From an uncultured delta proteobacterium (GTDB lineage Bacteria; Desulfobacterota; Desulfomonilia; Desulfomonilales; Desulfomonilaceae): a stretch of DNA of 64,000 nucleotides. A model generated the notes under the pieces. The model was not told the DNA's origin, did no database searches, and saw only the letters and a list, made by a program, of their open reading frames with translations. Of the stretch, positions 39,133-49,532 are shown one piece after another. The stretch spans positions 512,001 to 576,000 of the forward strand of contig CAWBKB010000003.1 of assembly GCA_963789265.1 (NCBI GenBank), in the 5' to 3' direction. Within the stretch, counting starts at the first letter, position 1; each line of letters starts with the position of its first letter. The position numbers were made by a program, and so were the translations under genes.

Positions 39133-40052
39133 GCGGCTCTGCCCTTCTCCTTGCTTTTCCCTTTAGCCTTTACCCTGGCCACGACCTTGTTCTTATAATT
39201 CTCCGCAAAATCAGGTCGTTCCGTATCGATGAATGTTCCTACCAGGATCTTTTCCTTCAGGCGGATCTCGGCTCCACTGAGATCCGCTCCATTGCAGACC
39301 TCCGACATCTCCCGGTAATACCGCATCTCGTCGAGTCCGGAACCGAGCTTGTTTGGCCTCCCGTACCCGGTGGGACACGGTGCGATGGCCTCGATAAAGG
39401 TTAACCCTCTCTTGTCAAAGGTTTGGCTTATCGAATGAACGAGTTGTCTCGGATGGTACGTAGTCCACCGTGCTACGTAGATTGCTCCGGCCGCGTGGGC
39501 AAGATAAGGCAAATTGAAGCCGGGTTCGGCGTTTCCAGTAGGGGTAGTAGAGGTTCTCGCCTCGAGGGGAGTAGTAGGCGCAACCTGACCGCCTGTCATA
39601 CCGAAATTGAAGTTATTTACGCACAGGACTTTCAGATTGATATTGCGTCGGGCCGCATGGATCAGATGATTACCGCCGATCGCGAAGAGATCGCCATCTC
39701 CCGAAAAAACGGTCACATGGAGATCCGGCTTTGCCAGAGCTAAGCCGGTGGCAAAAGGTATGGCCCGACCATGTGTGGTATGGTACGTATCCATGTCAAG
39801 GTACCCGGCCACTCTGCCCGTACAACCGATGCCGGACACTACCGCACATTGATCCACGGGAATACCTTTGCGCCTGATGGCTTCGATAAAACAGGTCAGC
39901 ACGACTCCAAGGCCGCATCCGGGACACCAGATATGCGGGATCCTGCCCGGTTTTAAATACTTGTCGTCAGGGTGAAGGCCGTGTTCTCTCTGAATGGCCT
40001 CGTCCTCAGCCGCTTTGTCAAACGGTTGCAGCTCTCTGAGACGTATTTTCAT
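39129..40052 (-). CDS. korB: 2-oxoacid:ferredoxin oxidoreductase beta subunit
   Basis: WCPGCG, SGIGC, HGRA, GDGD TPP motif, GMTGGQ. Confidence 0.92.
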   Translation of the reverse strand: MKIRLRELQPFDKAAEDEAIQREHGLHPDDKYLKPGRIPHIWCPGCGLGVVLTCFIEAIRRKGIPVDQCAVVSGIGCTGRVAGYLDMDTYHTTHGRAIPFATGLALAKPDLHVTVFSGDGDLFAIGGNHLIHAARRNINLKVLCVNNFNFGMTGGQVAPTTPLEARTSTTPTGNAEPGFNLPYLAHAAGAIYVARWTTYHPRQLVHSISQTFDKRGLTFIEAIAPCPTGYGRPNKLGSGLDEMRYYREMSEVCNGADLSGAEIRLKEKILVGTFIDTERPDFAENYKNKVVARVKAKGKSKEKGRAA

Positions 40053-40091
40053 GGGGTCTCCAGGAAAACTGTAGTTAAACGGTAAAATTTA

Positions 40092-41240
40092 TTACAAGTA
40101 CTCGCCCGCAGCGTCGGCAATCTCCCGAGGCGTATGAATAGATCCGCCCATAAGGGCCATCAAAACTACTTCCGCGTTCCCTCCGGCGCTACGGTCCACT
40201 TCATAGGCCATTTGGCCGTAATTGATTTCCGGGACTATGAACGCTCTCACTCTCTCCGCAAGTTCCCGAATGAGTTTGGACGGGAAAGGCCACACCGTAA
40301 TGAGCCGCACCAGACCCACTTTGTGGCCTCGCGATCTCAAATCCTCAACAGCCTGGCGCGCAACCCTGGCTGTGCACCCATAAGCCACCACGACCACCTG
40401 CGCGTCATCCAGCCCGATTAATTCAACCTGAATGATCTTTTGCGCGTTCTTGCGAATCTTGTCTACGATATGACGAATGTTTCGTTCCTGGACCGTATCA
40501 GTTATCACAGGGTATCCACGTTCGTCATGAGTAAGGCCCGTGACGTGAACATGGTATCCTTGGCCTGCCACGGCCATCGGAGCCGGCAGCGGCCCCGAGC
40601 TGTCAAAGGGCAGATAATCCGCCGGTCTTTGTACGGGCTTTGGCCGCTCTACCACCTGAAGATCTTCCCGTCGGGGTATGACCACCTTTTCGGTCATGTG
40701 TCCAATTACTTCGTCTGCCATGACAAAGACTGGTTGTCTATAAATCTCCGCGAGGTTGAACGCCTGCACAGTAAGATCAAAGCAATCCTGGGGAGATGCC
40801 GGGGCAAGAGCAATGCATCCGTAATCTCCGTGGGCCCCCCATCTTGCTTGCATGATATCTGCCTGACCGACAAGTGTGGGCAGACCGGTGGAAGGCCCTC
40901 CGCGCTGAACATTGACCACCACGCAGGGGGTTTCGGTCATCATTCCCAGGCCTATATTCTCCATCATAAGAGAAAATCCCGGTCCCGATGTGGAAGTCAT
41001 AGACTTCATTCCACCCCACGAGGCGCCCAGAATCGCAGCCATCGAACCCATCTCATCTTCCATTTGTATGTAGACCCCACCTACCTCAGGTAGTCGGCGG
41101 GCCATGCGTTCGGCTATCTCGGTGGCTGGAGTAATGGGATATCCTGCAAAGAATCGGCATCCTGCGGCCAGGCCCCCTTCGGCGCATGCCGCGTCTCCGT
41201 GGAGAAAATGCTCACCTGTGAGGAGGTCTTTGTCATCCAT
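40092..41240 (-). CDS. korA: 2-oxoacid:ferredoxin oxidoreductase alpha subunit
   Basis: FAGYPITPATE, QMEDE, TSGPGFSLM, VQRGGPSTGLPT. Confidence 0.92.
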   Translation of the reverse strand: MDDKDLLTGEHFLHGDAACAEGGLAAGCRFFAGYPITPATEIAERMARRLPEVGGVYIQMEDEMGSMAAILGASWGGMKSMTSTSGPGFSLMMENIGLGMMTETPCVVVNVQRGGPSTGLPTLVGQADIMQARWGAHGDYGCIALAPASPQDCFDLTVQAFNLAEIYRQPVFVMADEVIGHMTEKVVIPRREDLQVVERPKPVQRPADYLPFDSSGPLPAPMAVAGQGYHVHVTGLTHDERGYPVITDTVQERNIRHIVDKIRKNAQKIIQVELIGLDDAQVVVVAYGCTARVARQAVEDLRSRGHKVGLVRLITVWPFPSKLIRELAERVRAFIVPEINYGQMAYEVDRSAGGNAEVVLMALMGGSIHTPREIADAAGEYL

Positions 41241-41456
41241 GTATTAATCCTAGTGTTTCAGGGCCCAGCAGAAGTGAGGAAATTCATCGAACCGCGAACA
41301 GTCCTCCAGTGGGCCGCTCATGTCTTTACCGATCGGCTCCGGCACACTTCTGCTTCTGTCAGAAAGAGAACAGTCACAGCCCCGCGCGGTGATCAGTTAT
41401 TCGGCCTGCGCAAAGCGGGATAAGCTTGCGAAGGTGAATGAAAGCGAGGTGAACAG

Positions 41457-41795
41457 CTATCGCTTAACGTATCTTCTATCCTTCCGGGAGTATCTTGTGG
41501 TGACTCTTTGTATGTCATCTTCCGTGATCTTCTTGGCGTCCTTCAGTTCGGTCCAGATCGCGAATTCAGGACAGATGAGGCTACATAGTCCACATTCCAC
41601 ACAATCTTCAGCCTGGAAGATCAATTCCGGCGGGTGGTATCCCTTTGTGTTAAAGCCTTTGCTCTGCTTTAAACACTCGTTGGGGCAGAATTCGATGCAA
41701 AACCCGCAGCCTTTGCACCGATTCTGTATAATATGAACCCTGCCGTGAGGTATCGAATGGGCCTCAGCGTCCAACGGCAGCCGCCAGAACTTCAT
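41457..41795 (-). CDS. korD: 2-oxoacid:ferredoxin oxidoreductase delta (ferredoxin) subunit
   Basis: CKGCGFCIEFCP, FNTKGYHP, CVECGLCSLICPEFAI. Confidence 0.88.
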   Translation of the reverse strand: MKFWRLPLDAEAHSIPHGRVHIIQNRCKGCGFCIEFCPNECLKQSKGFNTKGYHPPELIFQAEDCVECGLCSLICPEFAIWTELKDAKKITEDDIQRVTTRYSRKDRRYVKR

Positions 41796-41984
41796 AGTTT
41801 ATCTCCACGGATAGGAATACGTGACTTTTCAGTATAGTCGATTTCGCTCAAGAGTCAATCTCCGGCCCAGCCGCGGCCCGAAGCAGGAAACTTCCAGTTC
41901 CGATCACAGGCCGGCGTTCTTCCGACCGTCCAAATATTATATTTGAATACGCGATCCCTGTTAGGTTAGGATGCTGCGATAATC

Positions 41985-42464
41985 TTGGGAAATTACGTAG
42001 AGCCTCAGAGGAGACGAGATTTGATTCGCTGGACAGCCATCTGCATAATCAGCACCGCTGTCTTCGCATGGGGAGCCGGCTCGGCCCGCTCCGTGACATG
42101 CGAAGAATGTCAAGACCTTGACAAGAACAAGGCCGTTGCTCAGCAGCAGTTGACAGAAAAAGAGAAGGCGCTGGAAACCGAGTTCAAGAAAAAGGCTTTT
42201 CAGAAGGTCACAGAAATAAGAAGTGACATCACCAACTTGAGAAAAAAACTCATGGAGTTGGAGGACAAGGGTAAAGGCTGCCAGGATGCTTGCAAGCCGG
42301 ATGTGATAAAGAAACTGGAGTGTCACAAGCTCAGAAGCAAAATCAATGCCTTGGAAACCGCAACTTCCGGCCGTGAAGCGGACACGAAGAAAGTGGATGA
42401 ACTTTACAGGGATCTTCGCCGGTGCAACAAGAATCTGCGAGAGTTAAAAAGCGGGCAGAAGTGA
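41985..42464 (+). CDS. Exported Cys-containing coiled-coil hypothetical protein
   Basis: Signal-like hydrophobic segment, CEEC and CQDAC, long heptad-rich helices. Confidence 0.65.
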   Translation: MGNYVEPQRRRDLIRWTAICIISTAVFAWGAGSARSVTCEECQDLDKNKAVAQQQLTEKEKALETEFKKKAFQKVTEIRSDITNLRKKLMELEDKGKGCQDACKPDVIKKLECHKLRSKINALETATSGREADTKKVDELYRDLRRCNKNLRELKSGQK

Positions 42465-42524
42465 TTCGCTCAGTACCAGAATTTCATAATTACGGTACCA
42501 ACTGCACGGTAGCGCCGACGTCCC

Positions 42525-42731
42525 GAAACTGTCTCAAAATTAAACCGTGAATGAAATTCGTAGCACGATGCTCCCTTTTCCCGGCAATGAATTGCCGGGC
42601 TACTATCTGCCGTCCCTACGGGACGCTTGCATTTAAGCCCCATCGGGGCGATAGAAAGTAGCCTGGTGCTTCAGCGCCAGGCTGCCATCGTGCCACGATT
42701 CCGAGCATCAAAATAGTTTTGAGACACTTTC
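42525..42731. mobile_element. 207-bp MITE (family A, long form)
   Basis: TIRs GAAACTGTCTCAAAA / TTTTGAGACACTTTC; 4-bp duplication TCCC; internal CCCGGCAATGAATTGCCGGG palindrome. Confidence 0.8.
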
Positions 42732-42855
42732 TCCCTGCCGGCGTTTGGCGAAAACCGGCACGGAGGCTGGATTCCCACGTGCGCGAGAATGACGGCTACA
42801 TACCGGAATACGTGACCGTATTTATGAAAACGACTACTCAGTTGTCCGCTGTTGA

Positions 42856-43665
42856 TCAGTATTCGGTGTCGTCGGGGGGAACGGCCAGACCGTGACCGGG
42901 AATGAAAGGAATCGGCGCCACCGGATATCCCTGCACCCATCTGATCCCGCAGCGCAGCACGGTTTTGACCGGAGCAGGGTATAGTAATTTGTCCGGATCC
43001 TGCTTCGCGGCCTGCTCCTCCAATATTGAAGGGATTATTCGGATGCAGTGCCCCTTGTCGGGAAGATACGTGTAGAACGGCTTCAGCCCGTCGGGAATGG
43101 GTTCAGGATAGTCCTCTATATCGCGAATCCGGTCGGGGTCACTTTCCGGAACGTCCGGCCGAAATTTGATCATGTCCCACAGATTCTCCTTTGGATAGGA
43201 TTGCGCGCAGAAGCCCCTTACAGCTCGATCAAACTCAATGTCCGTCCAATGGGTAGACTTTTTGATGACGTCGGGAACGGAACCGAAGAACTTTCGGAAG
43301 CCATTTTCTCGGTTGACTGAAAAGGCTTGTGCTTCTTCATTGTAGAAGTGTATCGTTATTTCTTCCTGTTCCGACATGCGGCGAAAGTGGTCCAATCCTC
43401 CGCGGGCATAATAATTCCACCAGATGTCGAAAAGCTCTTCCTCATCGCCGTCTATTCTGAGCATGGTGAGCACGAGGAATACGTCGTCAAACTTGATGAG
43501 ACCGGCACGCTGCCCGATTTCCAGGTCCCCGTTTCGTCGTATGAGCCCGGATGATGAACGTATGAAAAAGCCTACCTCGCCGGGATTGTTCGGACGCGGC
43601 GTAAACATGGCCTCGATGCTCTGGCCTGGAACCAGGCGAATCTTATTCGGATTGACAAAGTCCAT
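42856..43665 (-). CDS. Hypothetical protein
   Basis: 269-aa ORF with AAGGAG RBS and natural composition; family not recognised. Confidence 0.7.
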   Translation of the reverse strand: MDFVNPNKIRLVPGQSIEAMFTPRPNNPGEVGFFIRSSSGLIRRNGDLEIGQRAGLIKFDDVFLVLTMLRIDGDEEELFDIWWNYYARGGLDHFRRMSEQEEITIHFYNEEAQAFSVNRENGFRKFFGSVPDVIKKSTHWTDIEFDRAVRGFCAQSYPKENLWDMIKFRPDVPESDPDRIRDIEDYPEPIPDGLKPFYTYLPDKGHCIRIIPSILEEQAAKQDPDKLLYPAPVKTVLRCGIRWVQGYPVAPIPFIPGHGLAVPPDDTEY

Positions 43666-43972
43666 AATCCACTCCTTCAGATTCCGTTCTACCAGAAAGC
43701 TGAAAAGTCATCCAGTTCATTTTCGCCTTGTATCGGGGGCCGTCGAACTCCAGAAAACTCATCTTAACTTCTGCTCGTAGTTTGCGTACATTAAGAAATG
43801 GAGCTTCGGCAAAAAGTTCCACTGTTCTGACAACTTTTTCGGGAGCCTGTGCAAGGCCCGAACGATCAGCTCGATTTTGCCACCCCGACTTGGGAATGGC
43901 TAAAGCCCAGTGAAAGACCTTGACCATAAGCCTCAGAATTGATAATTAAATCCAAGGCAAAGGAGAAGAATC

Positions 43973-44155
43973 ATGGATAGCGGACATACTATATGCGTAA
44001 CGTGTGCGTGGAGGCAGACATGCAACAAAAAATTCTCCATGGACGGCTCCACAACAACACGGTGTCCCGATTATACACGGGATGTTTCCCTGAAGCCTCC
44101 ATCCTCACAGGAAGAAACAAAGAAGCGAGAGGAGAAGGAGCCACAACCGGAGTAG
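43973..44155 (+). CDS. Small Cys-rich (putative metal-binding) protein
   Basis: CVTCAWRQTC...CPDY; AAGGAG RBS; TTGACC...GATAAT promoter-like sequence upstream. Confidence 0.7.
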   Translation: MDSGHTICVTCAWRQTCNKKFSMDGSTTTRCPDYTRDVSLKPPSSQEETKKREEKEPQPE

Positions 44156-44250
44156 CGAACGTGATAAGATACGCGCCCTTATTTAGGGAAAATTGCATTA
44201 AATTACGATATCATGCCATGATAGTTAAAAATAGTTGAGGTAGGCTCTTA

Positions 44251-45921
44251 ATGAAAGAAGTCATACGGACCCTGGTCCGAAAGGCTATAGCCAAAGCAGA
44301 TAAGCAAAATGGAGTATCTCTGCCGAATGCGGGAGCCATAAATGTGGAAGTCTCACGTAGCAAGGATCCTCGTTTTGGCGATTACGCCACCAATGCCGCG
44401 CTTGTGCTGGCAAATGCAGCGGGTCTTAAGCCTCGCGAGTTGGCCGCGACGATCAAGGACAATTTGACAAAGGACTCTGAGGTTCTGGCAGGATGCGAGA
44501 TAGCCGGACCCGGCTTCATGAATTTCTTTCTCGCTCCTAATGTATGGCATCAGGTTCTCCATACTATTCACAGGGAGAAGGAGCGATATGGGTGCGCCGT
44601 AGAGCTGGACGGACCTCGAGTGCTGCTCGAATTTGTCAGCGCGAACCCCACGGGGCCTCTCCATGTAGGACACGGCAGAGGAGCCGCAGTCGGCGACACT
44701 TTGGCTCGACTTCTCAAAACTTGCGGGTATAAGCTGGAAACTGAATACTACGTTAATGATTCGGGTAACCAGATGAAGATCCTGGGGAAGTCCTTGCTGG
44801 TCCGCTACAGAGAATTGTTGGGGGAAGAGATCGAGTTTCCCGAGAATCATTATCGAGGAGATTACATACGAGAGATGGCCGCACAGCTCCTCGAGACTTC
44901 CCTAGGCAAGAGGCTGCTGGAAGTTCCGGAAAATGAGGCGATAGATCTTGCGGCACAATATGCATGCGAGCGTATACTACGGGGTATCAAGGACGATCTT
45001 AGCCTTTTCGGAGTCAGGTACGATCGATATTTCAGCGAAAAGGATCTGCATCAGAGCGGGGCTATCGCGGCCACACTGGACGAACTTCGCCGACGAGGGA
45101 GAGTGGAAGAGCATGAAGGCGCCATTTGGTTCGGTATGGACGAAAACCAGGACGAAAAGGACAGAGTCCTGGTCAGAGCCACCGGCGAGCCCACCTATTT
45201 CGCGGCGGATGCCGCTTATCATCAGAACAAACTGGGCAGAGGTTTCGACCTTTTGGTCGATATATGGGGATCGGATCACCACGGATATGTGCCCAGGGTT
45301 CGCGCTGCAATCGAGGCCCTTGGTTACCCGCCTGATGTGCTGAAAGTGCTCTTGGTTCAGTTTGTGAATCTCGTTCGAGAAGGCCAAAAAATCTCGATGT
45401 CAACACGCTCCGCGGAATTCATAACCTTGCGGGAGGTTTTGGAAGAGGTAGGACCAGATGCGGCCCGTTTCTTCTTCTTAACCAAGCGCTGCGATAGCCA
45501 CCTTGACTTCGACCTGGACCTGGCCAAGAAGCAAACTCGTGACAACCCGGTTTACTACGTCCAGTACGTTCATGCGCGTGTGGCCAGTATTTTCCGAATT
45601 GCCCAGGAAAGGAACATAGACGCGGAAATGACCGACCCCGATCTTACCGCGCTATCGCTGCCGGAAGAGCAGAAAATAATGAAACATCTCGCCGACTTCC
45701 CCGATACGCTCTCCGAAGCAGCCGAAGCATTGGAACCTCATAGAATAACGTTCTATCTCATGGAACTGGCGGAGCTCTTTCACCCCTACTACCATGACAA
45801 CAGAGTGTTGACAGAGGATACACGACTGAAAAAGGCCCGGCTCTACCTTGTGGAGGCTGTCCGCCAAGTGGTGGCCAACGGCCTGAGCATCCTCGGGGTG
45901 TCCGCTCCGGATCGGATGTGA
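44251..45921 (+). CDS. argS: Arginine--tRNA ligase
   Basis: EFVSANPTGPLHVGHGR, GSDHHGY, MSTR, NPVYYVQYVHAR, C-terminal APDRM. Confidence 0.98.
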   Translation: MKEVIRTLVRKAIAKADKQNGVSLPNAGAINVEVSRSKDPRFGDYATNAALVLANAAGLKPRELAATIKDNLTKDSEVLAGCEIAGPGFMNFFLAPNVWHQVLHTIHREKERYGCAVELDGPRVLLEFVSANPTGPLHVGHGRGAAVGDTLARLLKTCGYKLETEYYVNDSGNQMKILGKSLLVRYRELLGEEIEFPENHYRGDYIREMAAQLLETSLGKRLLEVPENEAIDLAAQYACERILRGIKDDLSLFGVRYDRYFSEKDLHQSGAIAATLDELRRRGRVEEHEGAIWFGMDENQDEKDRVLVRATGEPTYFAADAAYHQNKLGRGFDLLVDIWGSDHHGYVPRVRAAIEALGYPPDVLKVLLVQFVNLVREGQKISMSTRSAEFITLREVLEEVGPDAARFFFLTKRCDSHLDFDLDLAKKQTRDNPVYYVQYVHARVASIFRIAQERNIDAEMTDPDLTALSLPEEQKIMKHLADFPDTLSEAAEALEPHRITFYLMELAELFHPYYHDNRVLTEDTRLKKARLYLVEAVRQVVANGLSILGVSAPDRM

Positions 45922-46700
45922 GAATGGGGATGGAATTAAGAAAACGCCTGACAAAAATCTTCAGGCCGGCGGAAGGGAAGCCCCTCAGACCGATCCCCGG
46001 CGACGACAATCGGCCCCTAAAGAACGGTCCGTTGGCATTGGCCGTGGCAGGCTCTGTCATGATCATGATAGTTTTGGGCATTCTGGACGTGAAGCTCATC
46101 CGTCACCGTTCCAACAAGGGTGTAAGTGTCGGCCCCGCAATTCCGGCTCAACCTAGCCCTGCTACATTCGGGGCTCCTGTGGTGGGCAACAAGAGTGGCG
46201 GAGACGTTCCCCCTGAAGTGACTTTCTATAGGCAACTGACCATGCAGGACGATCAAAGCCCTGCGAATGGAAAAGGCAAATCCGATCCGAACCAAGAAAC
46301 CGGAGCTAGTCCTTCTCAGCCGAGCACGAAGGCCGGTGAAATTTCCAAAGCGCCCGGAAAGCCTGAAGAACAAGATCGAAAGCAATCAAGAACGACCGTG
46401 GCCAAACCTGCGTGCGCGCCGATTCGGCAGAATGTTCTGCCAAAGGCTGGTTCCGGAGGGAAGACCTACACTGTTCAGGTCGGCGCTTTCACACAGCCTG
46501 CCATAGCACAGCAGTGGGCGCTCAGGTGGAAAGTCCGCGGGTATGATGTCACATTGAGGCCCGTGGCAAGACCTAACGCGGGCGTCATTTATCGCCTGTA
46601 CCTGGGGAAATTTTCTTCGGAAAAGAAGGCGGACGAACTGGTGAAACATCTCAAGTCAAAAGAAGGTATCAGCGCATTGAGGCTCGTTCTTCGTAATTAG
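45918..46700 (+). CDS. SPOR-domain cell division protein (FtsN-like)
   Basis: TM segment, low-complexity linker, YTVQVGAF...YRLYLG SPOR domain; follows argS. Confidence 0.85.
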   Translation: MRMGMELRKRLTKIFRPAEGKPLRPIPGDDNRPLKNGPLALAVAGSVMIMIVLGILDVKLIRHRSNKGVSVGPAIPAQPSPATFGAPVVGNKSGGDVPPEVTFYRQLTMQDDQSPANGKGKSDPNQETGASPSQPSTKAGEISKAPGKPEEQDRKQSRTTVAKPACAPIRQNVLPKAGSGGKTYTVQVGAFTQPAIAQQWALRWKVRGYDVTLRPVARPNAGVIYRLYLGKFSSEKKADELVKHLKSKEGISALRLVLRN

Positions 46701-47012
46701 ATTATTTTTCTCGTTCTTAAGGCTCTGCCTCAACTATCATAGTGAAATAAAGGTGGTTTGCGGGCAGAGCCCGCGAGACGCGGGATTGGGAACCAGAACG
46801 CCAAAATTTTGCCATTTGTTCCAAAAACTACTTCCCCCTGTGGCCGCAGCTTCCTTGAAAATATCGCCATGACCGTGTAACATTCATGGCCTTATTGCTG
46901 TAGAAAATAGTAACCAATTCAGCAAGATAAACCTTACAGGGGGAGACGCACCCCCCTCGGTTCGTCGAATCGCAAAGTGCTCGCATTAACGAACTAGAGA
47001 AGGAACAAGCAT

Positions 47013-49532
47013 TTGGCAGTGCTTCACGAGAAGACCACCGTCGGAATAGAAGAGGAAATCCAGAAATCTTATCTGGACTATGCCATGAGTGTGATCATAG
47101 GCCGGGCTCTACCCGATTTGCGGGATGGCTTGAAGCCGGTTCACCGCAGGATCCTCTATGCCATGCACAGGAGCGGCAACGTTTGGAATAGGGCTTACCG
47201 CAAAGCCGCTCGAGTCGTCGGCGACGTCATCGGTCAATATCATCCCCACGGCGATACTGCTGTTTACGACTCGGTCGTGCGAATGGCTCAGCCATTTTCC
47301 ATGCGTTATCCCTTCATCGACGGGCAAGGGAACTTCGGCAGTGTGGACGGCGACGCGCCGGCAGCTATGCGGTACACGGAAGTTCGCATGGATCGCATCT
47401 GCCAGTCGGCTCTCGAGGACCTGGACAAACAAACCGTGGATTTCATCGCCAATTATGACAACACTCTTGAAGAGCCTGTTGTCTTGCCGGCTAGATTTCC
47501 GATCCTTCTAGTAAACGGCTCGCAAGGAATAGCTGTCGGAATGGCCACGAACATACCGCCCCATAACCTGGGAGAGACAATCGACGCGACAATATTCCTG
47601 GTAAGAAATCCGGACGCGTCCATCGCTGACCTCATGCGGTTTATGCCCGGGCCTGATTTCCCGACCGCGGGATTCATATACGGAAAACAGGGAATCCTGG
47701 ACGCTTACACCACAGGGCGCGGATCGGTGCGTATGAGGGCCAGAGCCGAAGTGGAAGACGCTGAGAGGGGCTACCAGCGGATTGTCGTCACTGAAATCCC
47801 TTACATGGTGAACAAGGCCAGGATGGTTGAAAACGTTGCAGAGCTCGTTAAAGACAAGAAGATTCCCGGTATTCGAGATCTGAGGGACGAGTCAGACCGG
47901 CACGGCATGCGAGTGGTCTTTGAGCTGAAGAGGGACGAGAACCCGGATGTGGTTCTCAACCAGCTTTTCAGGCACACACAGCTTCAATCCACCTTCGGAA
48001 TCCAACTCCTCGCTGTGGACAACCAACGGCCAAAGCAGATGAACGTCAAAGAAATTCTGCAACGGTTCATCGACTTCCGCAAAGAGGTGGTAATCCGCAG
48101 GACACGGTTCGAGATTGCGCGCGCTCGCGAGAGAGCCCACATTCTCGATGGCCTGAAAATTGCGCTGGATAATCTGGATGAGGTGATCGCGCTCATCAAG
48201 GCAGCAGAGAACCCTGCTGTTGCCCGGCAAGATCTGATGGACACATTCCAACTCAGTCAGGTGCAGGCTCAAGCAATTTTGGACATGCGACTTCAGCGGC
48301 TGACGGGCTTGGAAAGGGATAAGATCCTCCAGGAACTCAAGGAAGTACTGGCCAAAATCGCGGAACTTGAAGGCATACTCGCTTCGGAACAGAAGATCCT
48401 GGACATCATTATCGCGGAACTCGAAGAGGTGAAAGCACAGCACGGAGACTCACGGCGTACGCAAATTCTGGACGCGCAAACGGACATGCTGGATGAAGAT
48501 CTTATCCCTCGAGGAGACATGGTAGTGACGTTTTCCAGCAAGGGCTATGTCAAAAGGGTTCCTGCGAATCTTTACAAGAGCCAGCGACCCGGCGGAAAAG
48601 GGAGAATCGGCACCAAAGTCGGGACGGAAGATGTAGTCAACCAGATGCTATACGCGTCCTCCCATGACGTGCTCCTGTGCTTCTCCAATCGCGGACGCAT
48701 TTATTGGATCAGGGTGTTTGAAATCCCGGAAGAGGGACCTTATGCCAAGGGCAGGGCAATAATCAACCTGTTGCGCCTCGACCCGAGCGAAAAAATCAGA
48801 AAGATCCTCCCCCTTCAGGAACTGAGCACCGAAGGGTACGTGGTGATGGTTTCGGCCAAGGGCAAAATCAAGAAAACGGCCATAGGAGAATTTTCAAGGC
48901 CAAGACCATCGGGGCTAATCGCTCTGACCATCGACCCCGATGATGAACTCATAGGTGTGAACTTTACCGCAGGTGACAACGATATTCTCCTAGCTACTGC
49001 CAAAGGCAAGGCAATCAGATTTCATGAAAGTCAAGTGCGGCCGATGGGGCGGCAAGCCCGCGGCGTTACGGGCATCCGGATGAAGGCCGACGACGCGGTT
49101 ATCGGCATGGAGGTAATTTCTAACGGGAACGGCACGCTTCTCACGATAACCTATAGCGGGCACGGAAAACGAACCGCTCTAGCGGAATACCCTGTGAAGC
49201 ATCGCGGCGGCCAGGGTGTAATCACAATCAAGAATACCACCAGGATAGGGGACGTTGTCGGGATTCAGATGGTTGAGGACACAGACCATCTGCTGATAGT
49301 GACCTCGGGCGGTAGGATCATCAGGCTGAGAATGGAGGAGATTTCCGTTATAGGACGCAACACGATGGGCCGGACTCTGGTTCGGATGGAACCCGGTGAA
49401 TACGTGGTGGACGTGGCCAGGGCCGAGACCTCGGAGGATGAAGACAAAGATTCCGATGCGGTTGAGCCCCAAGTCGGCTCAGAAAGCGAGGCGACTCTGT
49501 CGGACCATGACGAAGGAGACAACGGAGATTGA
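47013..49532 (+). CDS. gyrA: DNA gyrase subunit A
   Basis: YHPHGD, AAMRYTE, GyrA-box-like QRPGGKG, beta-pinwheel repeats, acidic tail. Confidence 0.97.
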   Translation: MAVLHEKTTVGIEEEIQKSYLDYAMSVIIGRALPDLRDGLKPVHRRILYAMHRSGNVWNRAYRKAARVVGDVIGQYHPHGDTAVYDSVVRMAQPFSMRYPFIDGQGNFGSVDGDAPAAMRYTEVRMDRICQSALEDLDKQTVDFIANYDNTLEEPVVLPARFPILLVNGSQGIAVGMATNIPPHNLGETIDATIFLVRNPDASIADLMRFMPGPDFPTAGFIYGKQGILDAYTTGRGSVRMRARAEVEDAERGYQRIVVTEIPYMVNKARMVENVAELVKDKKIPGIRDLRDESDRHGMRVVFELKRDENPDVVLNQLFRHTQLQSTFGIQLLAVDNQRPKQMNVKEILQRFIDFRKEVVIRRTRFEIARARERAHILDGLKIALDNLDEVIALIKAAENPAVARQDLMDTFQLSQVQAQAILDMRLQRLTGLERDKILQELKEVLAKIAELEGILASEQKILDIIIAELEEVKAQHGDSRRTQILDAQTDMLDEDLIPRGDMVVTFSSKGYVKRVPANLYKSQRPGGKGRIGTKVGTEDVVNQMLYASSHDVLLCFSNRGRIYWIRVFEIPEEGPYAKGRAIINLLRLDPSEKIRKILPLQELSTEGYVVMVSAKGKIKKTAIGEFSRPRPSGLIALTIDPDDELIGVNFTAGDNDILLATAKGKAIRFHESQVRPMGRQARGVTGIRMKADDAVIGMEVISNGNGTLLTITYSGHGKRTALAEYPVKHRGGQGVITIKNTTRIGDVVGIQMVEDTDHLLIVTSGGRIIRLRMEEISVIGRNTMGRTLVRMEPGEYVVDVARAETSEDEDKDSDAVEPQVGSESEATLSDHDEGDNGD

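Noticed and set aside
47013..49532. parC rather than gyrA, given that gyrB is absent from the window
   Set aside because: A GyrA-box-like QRPGGKG and an acidic C-terminal tail are present, and unlinked gyrB is common.
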